A stretch of DNA of 64,000 bases, taken from Myxococcota bacterium (GTDB lineage Bacteria; Myxococcota_A; SURF-8). The stretch is taken from positions 1,824,001-1,888,000 of the forward strand of contig OZ223209.1 of assembly GCA_965140415.1 (NCBI GenBank). Reading direction: 5' to 3'. Position 1 is the first letter of the stretch, and the number at the start of each line of letters is the position of its first letter. The notes under the pieces were generated by a model. The model did not search any database and was not told the origin of the DNA. It was given only the letters and a program-made list of their open reading frames with translations. Shown in pieces: positions 48,653-58,214 of the stretch. The position numbers and the translations under genes are program-made.

Positions 48653-48686
48653 CGAGGGGCGCGGTTTTCCGCGCCTCTCGCTTTTT
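48653..48686 (+). terminator. Intrinsic terminator
   Basis: cgaggggcgcgg-tttt-ccgcgcctctcg followed by a T run. Confidence 0.85.
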
Positions 48687-48938
48687 ATGCGGTTATTGAC
48701 AGGAAAGCAGCAGTAGGTTGGGTTGCTTTTGCTACCCGTATCTTATGCATAGCGCGGGTTTTAGGTACATAATAAAAGCGCCCTCAACCTGCACTTGAGA
48801 GCGTTAACCAAATAGATCGAAAGGATTTGTTTGTTTGGTTGGTTTTAAGTATGACTCATGGTATTGGGATTTGTCAAACCCAATTCGCTACAACACCAAA
48901 ATCAGCAGCAGCAGTAGAAATAAGAGCCCAGCAAGATG

Positions 48939-50069
48939 CTATGGCAGGCTAACCGTGGCCCAAACCGGCAGGTGGTCGGAAAGGTCATCGAAAACGCTTT
49001 TTTCGCCGATGTCGGGCTGGGAAAATACATCTTCTGTTGCGAGCAGGATGTCCAGAATCAAGCCGTAGCCGACTTTGGTCCCTCGTTGCTGCACGTCGAG
49101 AGTGGCGTGTGCATCTACATAGCCCGCATGTAAAAACGGTGCGATGGTTTGATCCGATACGGTGCCGAATTCGAGATCGATGGCATAATAGCCACTGTTG
49201 AAGTCACCTCCCAACACCGCAGGATGAGTAAGAGTGGAAAGAGATTGACGCAGTTCCTCTCCTTGAAGGGCGCGGTAGGTTTCCGTGCCGTCGGATTCGA
49301 AGTGAATTGAAGTGACATGAAGCAACTTATCACCATTTTTAACATCAGCAGATAGCGAGATGCGCCCACCAAGGCGAGGTTCCTCCGTTCCGTACCAGAC
49401 GCGCTGATCTTTGTGGCGCAGCAGGGTGACGTTGCCGAGCGGATAGCGGGAAAGAATGGCATTGCCGTGTTCGCAGGTCGCTTCTACCGTGCCGCCGGGA
49501 CCGCCCTCGCGCGGCAACTCGACGAATTCCACTCCGTACACGTAGTTCATCGATAAATGCTGAGCCAGTTCGCGCGTGATGTGACGGTTTCCGGTGCGGC
49601 TGCAACCGCGATCCGATTCCACCAGCAGAATCACGTCCGGTGTCGGCGCATCGACTCCCTCCTGTAGAATCTGCATGATGCGGTCGATCTCATAGCCGCG
49701 TTCGATGTTGTAGGCCATTACCAGCAACTCGTTTTTCGGTTCGGCAGGTGTTTCGATAAAACTTTCACCTTCAATGTCGCAATCGATGGCGATTTTATCC
49801 GCTGCCGATTCAGGGTCATCGGCGTCCGGGCAAAGGAAGTCTTCCATGAAGTCGCGCGGTTGATTTAGCCAGGCGAATTCTTCAAAGTAAAGGGCAGGGG
49901 TATCTGTTTCTGTGGCTTCGGAGTCTCTATCCGCTTCACTGACTTCTGTATCGATTTCATTGTCGCCATCGGGCAGGGAGGAATCGTCATCGGAGGAGCA
50001 GCCGCTTTGTATACCAAGCCAGAAGACGATCGTGGTTGCGAGGCACAGCAAATGGAAAAACTTGTTCAT
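48939..50069 (-). CDS. Endonuclease/exonuclease/phosphatase family lipoprotein
   Basis: Lipobox QSGC; AYNIERG, DVILLVE, GNAILSRYP, GGDFNS, SDHLPV. Confidence 0.9.
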   Translation of the reverse strand: MNKFFHLLCLATTIVFWLGIQSGCSSDDDSSLPDGDNEIDTEVSEADRDSEATETDTPALYFEEFAWLNQPRDFMEDFLCPDADDPESAADKIAIDCDIEGESFIETPAEPKNELLVMAYNIERGYEIDRIMQILQEGVDAPTPDVILLVESDRGCSRTGNRHITRELAQHLSMNYVYGVEFVELPREGGPGGTVEATCEHGNAILSRYPLGNVTLLRHKDQRVWYGTEEPRLGGRISLSADVKNGDKLLHVTSIHFESDGTETYRALQGEELRQSLSTLTHPAVLGGDFNSGYYAIDLEFGTVSDQTIAPFLHAGYVDAHATLDVQQRGTKVGYGLILDILLATEDVFSQPDIGEKSVFDDLSDHLPVWATVSLP

Positions 50070-50186
50070 TCCGGTAATCCTTATTGAGGGACTTTAAAAA
50101 CCTTCGATTCCGGATCTTATGGCGAAAGGGGAGAGAGGGTCAAGTTTCGTTTTGGTTATAAGAAGAATCTCTAGCAAATGGGAGGA

Positions 50187-50759
50187 TTAAAACAGAATGC
50201 CGTGTTCGCGCAGGATGTTGAAGCCGATGCCGATCAATACCACGCCGCCGACGATTTCCGCCACCGGTCCGATGCGCTTGGCCGAACCGAGCAAACGACC
50301 CAGGTGCAGCCCGCTTGCCGTCAATACAAGCGCCACCACTCCGATAACTAAGGCCGGGAACCAGGCATCGACTTCCAACAGGGAGAAGCCCAGTCCCACC
50401 GCAAGTGCATCGATACTGGTTGCTACGGAAAGAAAGACCATGGTACCGCCGCGTGTGGGGTCTTTGCAGGCTTCGTTTTCCTCTTTGCGTGTTAGAACGT
50501 CGTAGATCATACGGCCGCCTACAAACAGCAGTAAGGCAAACGCCACCCACGGCGCAATGTTCATGACGAAGGGGCGTATTGCCGTGCCCAGCGTCCAGCC
50601 GATCAAGGTCATTCCCGCCTGGAACAGACCGAAATGCCAGGCCAGCCGAAAGGTCTGGCGTGTATCGACCTTGCGAAGCATGACACCGGTGGCTACCGCC
50701 ACGGAAAAGGCATCCACGGCCAGAGCAATTGCCACCAGAAAAACCGAAATGAAATCCAT
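50187..50759 (-). CDS. mntP: Manganese efflux pump
   Basis: ALAVDAFSVA, FGLFQ, ATSIDALAVG, AEIVGGVVLIGIG. Confidence 0.93.
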   Translation of the reverse strand: MDFISVFLVAIALAVDAFSVAVATGVMLRKVDTRQTFRLAWHFGLFQAGMTLIGWTLGTAIRPFVMNIAPWVAFALLLFVGGRMIYDVLTRKEENEACKDPTRGGTMVFLSVATSIDALAVGLGFSLLEVDAWFPALVIGVVALVLTASGLHLGRLLGSAKRIGPVAEIVGGVVLIGIGFNILREHGILF

Positions 50760-50962
50760 TGTATCTCCCGACATCCGTCAGCACGTCCAAATCAGTGTAC
50801 ATTGAGTCTGTATTTCGCGCCAAATTATTCCCAACGTCGGTTTCCAGATTAAAAAATGGAAATAACCCGAGGATTTCCTTTATCCTGCATACAACGCATG
50901 TACAGCACGATCATACAGCGATGTTCAACAGATAAATTCGAGTTCAAAAAGAGGAGGCAATT

Positions 50963-51424
50963 ATGGTGGAAGAAGGCAAAAAGATTCCGGCATTTTCCTT
51001 GCCGGATCAATCGGGCGAAAAGAAGAAACTGAAGGATCTGGCGGGTGAACAGGGGGTAATCCTGTATGTTTATCCCAAAGACAATACCCCGGGATGTTCC
51101 ACCGAGGCGCAGGATTTCCGCGACCGGGCGGATGACTTGAAAAAGCTCGGCTATAACGTGGTGGGTATCAGTAAGGACTCGGTGCAGTCGCACTGCAATT
51201 TTACCGACAAGTTCGAACTGAACTTTCCGCTGCTTTCCGATCCCGACGTGAAACTGATCGAGCCGCTGGGTGCGTGGGGAGAAAAGAAAAACTACGGCAA
51301 AACCTACATGGGGATCATTCGCAGCACCTTCGTGATCGACAGCAAGGGCAAACTGCTGCGCGCCTATCGTAACGTGCGTGCCAAGGGACATGCCGAGCGT
51401 GTCTATAAGGATTTGACGAGTTGA
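50963..51424 (+). CDS. bcp: Peroxiredoxin BCP/PrxQ
   Basis: YPKDNTPGCSTEA, GISKDS, LLSD, GIIRSTFVID. Confidence 0.95.
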   Translation: MVEEGKKIPAFSLPDQSGEKKKLKDLAGEQGVILYVYPKDNTPGCSTEAQDFRDRADDLKKLGYNVVGISKDSVQSHCNFTDKFELNFPLLSDPDVKLIEPLGAWGEKKNYGKTYMGIIRSTFVIDSKGKLLRAYRNVRAKGHAERVYKDLTS

Positions 51425-51433
51425 TCGACGCGG

Positions 51434-52210
51434 TTATTTGCGTCGACCCATTAAAAAGCGCTGGTTTTTCTTTAACCAGCGTTCCGCTTCTTCATAACGC
51501 GGGTAGCGATTCATCCACTGCTTGAAACGTCTGCCGTGGCGGATGTGTCGCCCGTTGACAACTTCGCTTTTAATGTGTGCGTGTATCATCTCGTGGTACA
51601 GGATCGACTCCACCACGTAGGCGGGAACGCGTTTGTGATCCAGCACCGGATGCATGCGGATCAGGTTCTGATCTTCCGAGTAGCTACCCAGCTTGATCGA
51701 ACGCCTGCGACGTGAAAGACCCACGGACATCCAGGTCAATCCGGCATCGATGCTGTTGTCGAAGTAGCGCCGGTTCAATTCATCGAATATCGGTTTCAGA
51801 TCGTACTGTTGCCCCTGTGGGTGTTGCTGCACATGGCGTTTTTTAGGGGGGGCTTGCTTTCGTGCCTGGGCGATATGACGGTTGATAAAGGTGTTGAGTG
51901 CAGCCGGCCATTTCTTTCGTCGACGTTCTACCACGGCAGCGATCTGCTCGATCAGTTTGTCCGGAGCCTGTTGAAACATGTTGTGAATGCGAAGTTGCGG
52001 CGGTGTACGATCGGTGCGGTAGGAAATCATGGTGCTACGGTTACGAGTCCACACGATGCGCCAGTTCAATGCGGTTGCTTTATCAAAAAGCCGCTCGAAA
52101 TGTTCGTTCGGTTTTTCCTGCCCGTCATCCGTGCATGTTTCGAAATGGAAAAGCAGCGGCAAAGGAAGCTGAATGAACGTTGGTTTCGGTCGTGAGGTCG
52201 ATCTGGGCAT
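51434..52210 (-). CDS. SprT-like/M48 zinc metalloprotease domain protein
   Basis: LNRRYF, LGSY, HPVLD, YHEMIH (HExxH), HGRRF. Confidence 0.82.
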   Translation of the reverse strand: MPRSTSRPKPTFIQLPLPLLFHFETCTDDGQEKPNEHFERLFDKATALNWRIVWTRNRSTMISYRTDRTPPQLRIHNMFQQAPDKLIEQIAAVVERRRKKWPAALNTFINRHIAQARKQAPPKKRHVQQHPQGQQYDLKPIFDELNRRYFDNSIDAGLTWMSVGLSRRRRSIKLGSYSEDQNLIRMHPVLDHKRVPAYVVESILYHEMIHAHIKSEVVNGRHIRHGRRFKQWMNRYPRYEEAERWLKKNQRFLMGRRK

Positions 52211-52212
52211 GG

Positions 52213-53103
52213 TTATTCGATAAGATGACCCATGCGGGAAAAGCGGATGCCGTCCAGAGATGAACTGGACCACCACACGACGATGGCTCGTCCCTTCACG
52301 TTATCCAGCGGCACTTGGCCCCACACGCGGCTGTCGGCGCTGTTGTCGCGGTTGTCACCCATGACGAAAAGGTGTCCTTCTTCCACGATATATTCGCCGC
52401 CCTGGTGATTGCGGCGCGGGTTGTAGATTAGATCGAATTCCGCCTCGCCCAGCTTTGCCGGACGCAGGACGCAGTCCCGTTTGTCACCACTGACTTCATC
52501 GTTGTAGGTATACAGCGCTTCCTTGCCTAGTTCCACTTTCTCACCGTTGACGAACACATCCTCGCCACTGACGCGGATGCGGTCGCCTGGCAGGCCGACG
52601 ACTCGTTTGATGTAGTCTTTGGATGGATCGTGCGGATAAACGAAGACAATCACTTCTCCGCGCTTGGGCTGGCCCCATTCCACGATGCGCTTGTTGATGA
52701 TCGGGAGCCGGATGCCGTAGATGAACTTGTTTACAAAGATATGATCGCCTACCAATAGGGTCGGGATCATCGAACCGGAAGGAATTTTGAAGGCTTCCAA
52801 CACGAAAGTGCGTAGAAACAGTGCGATTAACAGCGCCACTAATAGCGACTCGGTCCAGTCGCGCAATGCACTTTTTCGTGCAAAGGAGAAGTCGTTGTCC
52901 AGTAGCGCCTGTAGATTTCGCAATTCCCGGCGGCAATCGACAAGTTCCTCTGTCTCAAATGCCCGCTCCAACGCGCTTAACGTCTGCAAAAGCGGTTCCA
53001 TCTGAGAAGCAGTCAGTTTGGCGCTCCATTTTGAGATGATGCGTCGTGCTTCTTTAACTGGATAGCGTGCTTCATTTCTGCATTTGCGAATATCACGATT
53101 CAA
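52213..53103 (-). CDS. lepB: Signal peptidase I
   Basis: IPSGSMIPTLLVGD, YIKRVVGLPGD, MGDNRDNSADSR. Confidence 0.95.
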   Translation of the reverse strand: MNRDIRKCRNEARYPVKEARRIISKWSAKLTASQMEPLLQTLSALERAFETEELVDCRRELRNLQALLDNDFSFARKSALRDWTESLLVALLIALFLRTFVLEAFKIPSGSMIPTLLVGDHIFVNKFIYGIRLPIINKRIVEWGQPKRGEVIVFVYPHDPSKDYIKRVVGLPGDRIRVSGEDVFVNGEKVELGKEALYTYNDEVSGDKRDCVLRPAKLGEAEFDLIYNPRRNHQGGEYIVEEGHLFVMGDNRDNSADSRVWGQVPLDNVKGRAIVVWWSSSSLDGIRFSRMGHLIE

Positions 53104-53387
53104 CGGACCACTTTCTTTCTAGCCAGACTTTGGTGACAAATCCAATGGCGCAGGCATTATAGGTCTGCCATGGAGAAAAGTAAAGCGAGTGTCTAACAAT
53201 ATGAATTTAAATCGTTTTCCTTTAATTTGGCAATCATTTTGCTGCGAATATGATGGCTATTTCGGAAACGGATATCTGCCATGCATCATGATTGCTCACT
53301 CCCTCTAATAAAATACAACCTACCGGGTTGGCTATTTGTTCCCAATTCTTCAATATTTTATGATTTGTATTGCAGCAGTTCTGGATT

Positions 53388-55184
53388 TTAAGGTGTGGGT
53401 TGTATTCCCTGACTTTCAAGTAACTTGCGATAGGGACCGTTTTGGGCCGTCAGTTGTTCCGGTCTGCCTTCTTCCACGACTCGTCCCTGATGCATTACCA
53501 CTACTTTGTCGGCGTGGCGCACGCTGGATAGGCGGTGGGCGATCATCAGCACCGTTCGTTCCTGGCCAATTTCTTCGATAGCCCTGGCGATGGCCGCTTC
53601 GTTATGGGCATCGAGCGCGCTGGTGACTTCATCCAGCACGATGACCGGTGCACCTTTGATAAACGCCCGCGCCAGCGCCACCCGTTGTCGTTCGCCTTCG
53701 GACAAGCGCGCCCCACCTTCTCCGATAGGAGTGTGAAGTCCCTGCGGCAGATTTTCGATCAACGTTCGCAGTTGCGCCCGTTCGATTGCTTCCCATAGTT
53801 GAGCTTCCTTAGCCTCCGGTCGTGCCAGTTGGATGTTTTCGCCAATGGTTGTATCGAAGAGCAAAGGTCGCTGTTCGACGCTCACAACCAGGCGGCGTAT
53901 GCTATCCAGGGTGATGTCGGATAAAGCGATGCCGTCGATTGTGATGCGACCCGTGTCCGGCTCGAAATGCCGCAGTAACAGTCGAAGCAGTGTACTTTTT
54001 CCTGCGCCCGATTCTCCAACGAGGGCAACTGTTTGCCCGGCTTGCAGGGAAAAATCGACGCCGCAAAGCGCCTGCCGTTCTCCATAACCGAAGTGGAGAT
54101 TTTCGAAGCATAAACGGTCGTGAAGTTCTTCGACCTGTTGCCGTCCTCGATCCAATTGGCGTTCATCCGGCCAGTCGAGCAATTCGAATACCCGGTCCGC
54201 CCCGGCCCGCCCCGATTGGATGTAAGTATTGACGCGCCCTAGGTTTTTCATGGGTTCATAGAGTAATAGCAGGCTGGCGAAAAAGGAGACGAAATGCTCC
54301 GGCGCCAGTTCACCGCTACCGATGCGCCGCGCCGCCAGCCAGATCGTGGCGCCCAGTCCCACTGCGCCGATGATTTCCATCAATGGAGAAGCCAGCGCCC
54401 GAATTCGGAATGAACGCAGGCTGGCACCAAGATAGGCGCGATTACTGGTTTTAAAACGTTTCAGGCGTTGCTGGCTCAAGTTGAAATCGCGAATGACGCG
54501 TTGGGCGCGGATGTCTTCGCGCACGTGAGAAACGATGTCGGATACCTGCCGCTGGCGGTCGGTGGCGGTGTTTTTCAGTCGCTTTCCCACGTTTACGATC
54601 GGCCAGGCTACAAGCGGCAGAATCACCAGCGTGACCAGCGCCAACCGCCAGTCCAGCCACAGCGCCAAACCCAGTAAAACCAAGACCTTCATGCTGTCGG
54701 AAACCACCGTGGCGGCGGCGTGAGTGACCGCTTCCTGTAAAAGCGGCAAGTCCGAAGCGATGCGTGATATCAGGTCGCCACTTGGTGTTAGGTCATAGCG
54801 CTCCACCGGCAGGCGGTGTAGTTTTTGCAGCAGATCCGCGCGCAGATGATACACACCGCGTTCCCCCACCCAGCCCATCAAGTAGAACTTTCCGTACTGT
54901 GAGGCACCTTTAAGCAGCGCGGAGAACAAAATCAGCAGAGGCAGCGCCCACAGGAGATAGTCGCTGCGTTCCAACTGAGGTTCTAGCCCCATCCCGCGCA
55001 AAAACGAGGTTAAACTGTCCTGTTCTTTCAAGCCGCCAGTGAAGAGGAACTTGACAACCGGTCCGATTAAGTAGGCATACAAGCCGGTTGCAAGAGCATT
55101 GGTTACCATGCAGACCAGCGCCGCCAGAAATCCGGGAAGACCTGGATGCAGATAATGCAGGATTCGCTGCGTGGTCGAGGTCAT
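53388..55184 (-). CDS. msbA: MsbA-like ABC exporter (fused TMD-NBD)
   Basis: TM domain with SGDLISR; GESGAGKST, LSEGERQR, LDEVTSALD, IAHRLS. Confidence 0.75.
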   Translation of the reverse strand: MTSTTQRILHYLHPGLPGFLAALVCMVTNALATGLYAYLIGPVVKFLFTGGLKEQDSLTSFLRGMGLEPQLERSDYLLWALPLLILFSALLKGASQYGKFYLMGWVGERGVYHLRADLLQKLHRLPVERYDLTPSGDLISRIASDLPLLQEAVTHAAATVVSDSMKVLVLLGLALWLDWRLALVTLVILPLVAWPIVNVGKRLKNTATDRQRQVSDIVSHVREDIRAQRVIRDFNLSQQRLKRFKTSNRAYLGASLRSFRIRALASPLMEIIGAVGLGATIWLAARRIGSGELAPEHFVSFFASLLLLYEPMKNLGRVNTYIQSGRAGADRVFELLDWPDERQLDRGRQQVEELHDRLCFENLHFGYGERQALCGVDFSLQAGQTVALVGESGAGKSTLLRLLLRHFEPDTGRITIDGIALSDITLDSIRRLVVSVEQRPLLFDTTIGENIQLARPEAKEAQLWEAIERAQLRTLIENLPQGLHTPIGEGGARLSEGERQRVALARAFIKGAPVIVLDEVTSALDAHNEAAIARAIEEIGQERTVLMIAHRLSSVRHADKVVVMHQGRVVEEGRPEQLTAQNGPYRKLLESQGIQPTP

Positions 55185-55933
55185 GACACCAACTCGTCTT
55201 CCAGCAGTTCCAAGGTTCGCAAGGCTCTTGGAACCTGAGACTGCAACAGCGAGCGACTGACCGCCTCGATCTGATGCAGCATCTCACGCGACAGACGAAT
55301 CGTTCCCAACCCGTGCAAAGGACCGTCCAGAATGCGTTGCATTGCGTAGCGCGTTGCATCCGAAATGGGAATCAATCGGGCAGGATATGCCGTCCCCGCT
55401 CGGGCAATCATCAACTGGCGGTCGGGGTCGAAGTAGGATTCGCCGCTTAACTCCTGGCCGCAATCGCCACAGAAACTTAAATCCGGACGATTTCCCAAGA
55501 GATCCAGCATGCGAAGTTCAAAGAAGATGCGGTGCTTGATACTGGCTTTTGCTTGTTTGAGTCGCCCCAGAAAGAATAGCACTAACTCGAAAACCTCCGG
55601 GTATTGTTCGCCTTCTACCAGTAGCAGATCCAGTAGTTCACAATAATGCGAGGCCAGATAAATCGATGCCAATGAGCCGTGTAGTTCGGCATGGGCGTCG
55701 ATCAATTCGGCCTGCTGCAATCGATCCAGATCCTGGTCCCGACGCACGGAAGAGACGATCTGAAGGTGGGCGAAAGGCATCAGAGCGCCGGAAAAACGTT
55801 TACGGCTTTTACGTGCATTCTGTGCAAAAACGTTTCGCCGTCCCCGATTATGTGTCAGTAGGTGCAGGATACAGTTCGCTTCGCCCGTTTCGATCACCTT
55901 GAGCACCACGGCTTCGTCGGTAAAGGAGGGCAT
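55181..55933 (-). CDS. recO: DNA repair protein RecO
   Basis: EAVVLK...GEAN.I..LLT...G, ARKSRKRF.GAL.PF, FELRML..LG..P.L..C..C; ATG at 55933; the 418-aa track ORF over-extends 5'. Confidence 0.92.
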   Translation of the reverse strand: MPSFTDEAVVLKVIETGEANCILHLLTHNRGRRNVFAQNARKSRKRFSGALMPFAHLQIVSSVRRDQDLDRLQQAELIDAHAELHGSLASIYLASHYCELLDLLLVEGEQYPEVFELVLFFLGRLKQAKASIKHRIFFELRMLDLLGNRPDLSFCGDCGQELSGESYFDPDRQLMIARAGTAYPARLIPISDATRYAMQRILDGPLHGLGTIRLSREMLHQIEAVSRSLLQSQVPRALRTLELLEDELVS

Positions 55934-55941
55934 TGGCGTAC

Positions 55942-57297
55942 CTAGAAAATGAGAAGAGTGGCCATTGCCATGTAAATGTACATGCTGACCAGATCCATGG
56001 AAGTTGTGACTAGCGGTCCGGTGGCAATGGCCGGGTCGATCTTCAAGCGGGTGAGGGCCATCGGTACGGCACCACCCATTAAGGCAGCTATCAGCATCCC
56101 TGAAGCCTGTGAAACACCGACGACAATTGCGATATTGCCCACACTGGTACCGAACTGTATTTGCGCCACCGTCCCGATTGCCGCACCGTAGATCAATCCC
56201 AAACAAAGGCCGGTCATCGCTTCGATACCGACTGTTGATAAAAAGCGTGAACCATCGACTTTGCCGATAGCAAGACCACGTACGATAATGGTGGCGGATT
56301 GCTGGCCGACATTTCCTGACATTCCTAATATCACCGGGAAAAATGCGGTCAATGCAACTACGCCGGACAGTTTCTCTTCGTAGTAGCCAATCAGGTGCAT
56401 TACGAAAATGCCGCCGATCCAGGTCGCCAATAACCATGGTAAGCGACTGAGAACGTTGGTTTTTAAAGAGTAATCCTCCAGCAGTTCTTCGTCTGCACCG
56501 ACCAGTTTCAGGATATCCTCGGTATCCTCTTCGCGGATAACGTCGATGACATCATCGACTGTGATGATACCGATAACGTGGTTCTCTTCATCCACTACCG
56601 GAACGGCCAGCAAATCGTAACGGGCGATCATGCGCGCGACGTCTTCCTGGTCGCGATCCGGGCGAACCTTTGTAATGTCGGTTTCCATCAGGTCGCTGAA
56701 AAGCGTGTCTTCCTGCGCTTGAACCAGTTCACGCAGCGAGGCTACACCTGCGAGACGATCTTCTTCATCCAATGCATAGATGTAGAAAACCATTTCGGCT
56801 TCTTCACCGCTTTCCTGAATGGCCTGCAACACCTGGCGACAGGTATATGTTGCCGGAACGGCGATGAAATCGGTGGTCATCAAACCACCGGCGGTGTCTT
56901 CATCGTAGCCGATCAGTCCTTGCAGATCTTCGCGGTCGTCTTTTTTCATACGACCCAGAATCGCCTTGACCTTTTCCTCGCCCAAATCCTGGATAAGGTC
57001 GGCGGCATCATCATCGGACATGTATTGGATAATATCGACGATATCGTCTACGGAATAATCGGCGATCAGACGATCTGAAATGGATTGGTCCAGATTTTCG
57101 AGCAACTCGGCCCGCTGCTCCGAATTCTCCAGCAGGCCGAATAAAATTTCCTGATCGTCATCGTCTAAAAATCGAAAGGCTACCGCGAGGTCGGCCAAGT
57201 GGACGCGGCGGATGATATCCTGCACGCGCCGATACGCTCGCTTGCGCAAAAGCTTGGCGATTGTGTTGAGCAACACTTGTAATTTGCGTGAAAGCAC
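55942..57297 (-). CDS. mgtE: Magnesium transporter MgtE
   Basis: TAGGLMT, CBS pair, GIITVDD, RLPWL, GNVGQQ, DPAIATGPLVTT. Confidence 0.96.
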   Translation of the reverse strand: MLSRKLQVLLNTIAKLLRKRAYRRVQDIIRRVHLADLAVAFRFLDDDDQEILFGLLENSEQRAELLENLDQSISDRLIADYSVDDIVDIIQYMSDDDAADLIQDLGEEKVKAILGRMKKDDREDLQGLIGYDEDTAGGLMTTDFIAVPATYTCRQVLQAIQESGEEAEMVFYIYALDEEDRLAGVASLRELVQAQEDTLFSDLMETDITKVRPDRDQEDVARMIARYDLLAVPVVDEENHVIGIITVDDVIDVIREEDTEDILKLVGADEELLEDYSLKTNVLSRLPWLLATWIGGIFVMHLIGYYEEKLSGVVALTAFFPVILGMSGNVGQQSATIIVRGLAIGKVDGSRFLSTVGIEAMTGLCLGLIYGAAIGTVAQIQFGTSVGNIAIVVGVSQASGMLIAALMGGAVPMALTRLKIDPAIATGPLVTTSMDLVSMYIYMAMATLLIF

Positions 57298-57386
57298 GCG
57301 TCACCTCTCGCGATATTCGCGGTTATGAACCTACACGATGGATAGGGGTCGTCTGTCATCCGTCGCCAGTCCTTAAAAGAGAAAAG

Positions 57387-58214
57387 CTAGTCCAAAAGCT
57401 GCAAGTATTTCTTGCATTCCTTCGCTTCGTCGGTCACTCCTCCCAACTCCAAACATTTTTGTAACGCTGGGCGGGCTCGCTCATTGTCGCGTGCCTGAAT
57501 TGCGGCAAGCGCCAGTTCATAATAACCGAAGAAAAACGTATCACATTGGGAAACCGCCATCGAAAGCGCATCGATCGCCGCTTCATATTCGGCATTGGCT
57601 TTATAGATCCGGCCCAGATTGTACCAGGCATGGCAGTTTTGCACATTTTCAGTTGTAGCGGATTTTAACAGTTCAACCGCTTTTGCGCTGTCACCCAGTT
57701 TGAAATAACACCAGGCCATGTTATCGAACACGACATCTTTTCGTGGGTACATGATGTCCTGGGAAGGATACTCCAGTTCCTTGACGGCTTCCTGCCAGTG
57801 ACCCTGATCCATGTGCACCGAGGCCAGTCCGATATAGGCATCCGAGAATTTCGGTTCCAGGCGGATCGCTGCTTTGAAGTATTCTTCTGAAAGTGCATGC
57901 ATTTTCTTCGAAAGGAAAATCAAGCCGTATAGATATTTTACATGTTCGTTTTTAGGATTGTACTTTTCGGCTTCTTCAAGTGAACGTAGCGCTGCGATAA
58001 TGTTTCCGTTGGAAAAATCATTGACGGCAAGCTGATAGAAATTCATTGAAGCCATGCGATCTTTATCTGTGATCTGGCCGATTCTTGGTCCGCAACCCAT
58101 TGAAAGCACTGAAAACATCGCCAACAATAGTAAAAGCGGCAGTAACGACCGTAGCGCCTTTATGCCCCACATCGTCTTTTTCCCTTTAGTTGCTTCAGGC
58201 CTTTCAACGTTCAT
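57387..58214 (-). CDS. TPR lipoprotein (Tgl/PilW/PilF-like pilotin); start may be at 58172
   Basis: Lipobox SMGC, serial TPR motifs, DIMYP...FDNMAWCY. Confidence 0.75.
   Translation of the reverse strand: MNVERPEATKGKKTMWGIKALRSLLPLLLLLAMFSVLSMGCGPRIGQITDKDRMASMNFYQLAVNDFSNGNIIAALRSLEEAEKYNPKNEHVKYLYGLIFLSKKMHALSEEYFKAAIRLEPKFSDAYIGLASVHMDQGHWQEAVKELEYPSQDIMYPRKDVVFDNMAWCYFKLGDSAKAVELLKSATTENVQNCHAWYNLGRIYKANAEYEAAIDALSMAVSQCDTFFFGYYELALAAIQARDNERARPALQKCLELGGVTDEAKECKKYLQLLD

Noticed and set aside
50760-50962. yybP-ykoY manganese riboswitch upstream of mntP
   Set aside because: I could not find its conserved core by eye.
55181-56437. Over-extended track ORFs for recO, the dehydratase (60772-61977), the S26-like gene (25496) and ybhB (26531)
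   Set aside because: The extensions overlap other genes or repeats; family motifs, and in most cases an RBS, support the shorter starts.
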